A stretch of 63,478 nt of DNA, counting the filler, from Octopus bimaculoides (taxonomy: Eukaryota): NCBI RefSeq assembly GCF_001194135.2. It is 8 parts of 8 records of this genome, joined end to end, with 100 filler letters (N's around TTAATTAATTAA, not from the genome) between each part and the next. Parts side by side here need not be neighbours in the genome. Positions count along the whole stretch, not along the records: positions 62,439 to 63,478 come from NW_026327336.1; 7 more parts are not named here. The stretch is one strand, 5' to 3'. The stretch's first letter is position 1; every line of letters begins with the position of its first letter. Under the pieces are notes generated by a model. That model ran no database searches, had not been told where the DNA came from, and saw only the letters and a list, made by a program, of their open reading frames with translations. This document shows, in pieces, positions 62,921 through 63,478 of this stretch. The position numbers were made by a program, and so were the translations under genes.

Positions 62921-63478
62921 AATCTCATGATTTTATGACTATACCAACCCTGATTTCTGTCTGCTCTCTCACCCCTACCCCTAACAGAGAATGCCCTTTA
63001 TTCTCTTAAGCCTTAGATATACAAGGTTTGATAAACTAGTCTATAAATTAAAACTAAAAAAACAATAAAATCAGTGACAGGCAGAGTCTTCTCGACATTT
63101 TATTTATTAACTTTTATGTTGTAGTTGAAGCAACATGTTCTTTGTCTATTTAATTAACTTCTTGGAGATTTTAGGTATAATTATACTAATGTGTCCATCT
63201 ATTCTAATTTGATTAAATTATATGTCTTTGTGCAGCTGAGGATTGCTCTGCATTTTAAATTGATGTAATGATTACATTATTCAATTAAATGGAGTTGCAT
63301 GAAACGATTGTACTGCATTACCTCCGGATATCCTTGTTGCTTATTTTGATTTTAATCACTTTACTTTGAAATTGTATGGATAGTACTGTACTAAATTCTG
63401 GTGCCTCAACTTAAGTATCATATTCACCTGGACGACTGGCACCCATGCCAACGTCGTCTCCTTCATTGGACACGAAAC

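Overview
AT-rich, microsatellite-saturated eukaryotic DNA with many N gaps, most likely from an octopus or related coleoid. That assignment is an inference from the invertebrate-type mitochondrial 12S copy and the abundant tRNA-derived SINE families. The window is a concatenation of eight short pieces joined by seven identical artificial 100-bp spacers (44 N + TTAATTAATTAA + 44 N), so long-range adjacency is not guaranteed. I could not support any intact host protein-coding gene; almost all ORF-track entries are microsatellite or N read-through artefacts. Recognisable content: (1) a near full-length decayed R4/Dong-type RLE non-LTR retrotransposon (10.4-14.95 kb, minus) split by a ~1.07-kb mitochondrial 12S rRNA NUMT; (2) fragments of mariner, RTE, CR1/L2, Penelope-like, L1/Tx1-like, Helitron-like and hAT-like elements; (3) about four SINE families; (4) two arrays of a ~130-bp unit and several kb of strand-biased (ACC/ATC/ACT) cryptic repeats. 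Best leads: a type I minimal hammerhead ribozyme motif with an intact core at 43878-43922 plus two decayed ones, an ETS + double M-box/CLEAR promoter-like site at ~45.0 kb, a two-exon splice cluster at 27.5-27.7 kb, and an 86-nt pri-miRNA-like hairpin at 21615-21700. All family assignments come from motif recognition by eye, not database searches.
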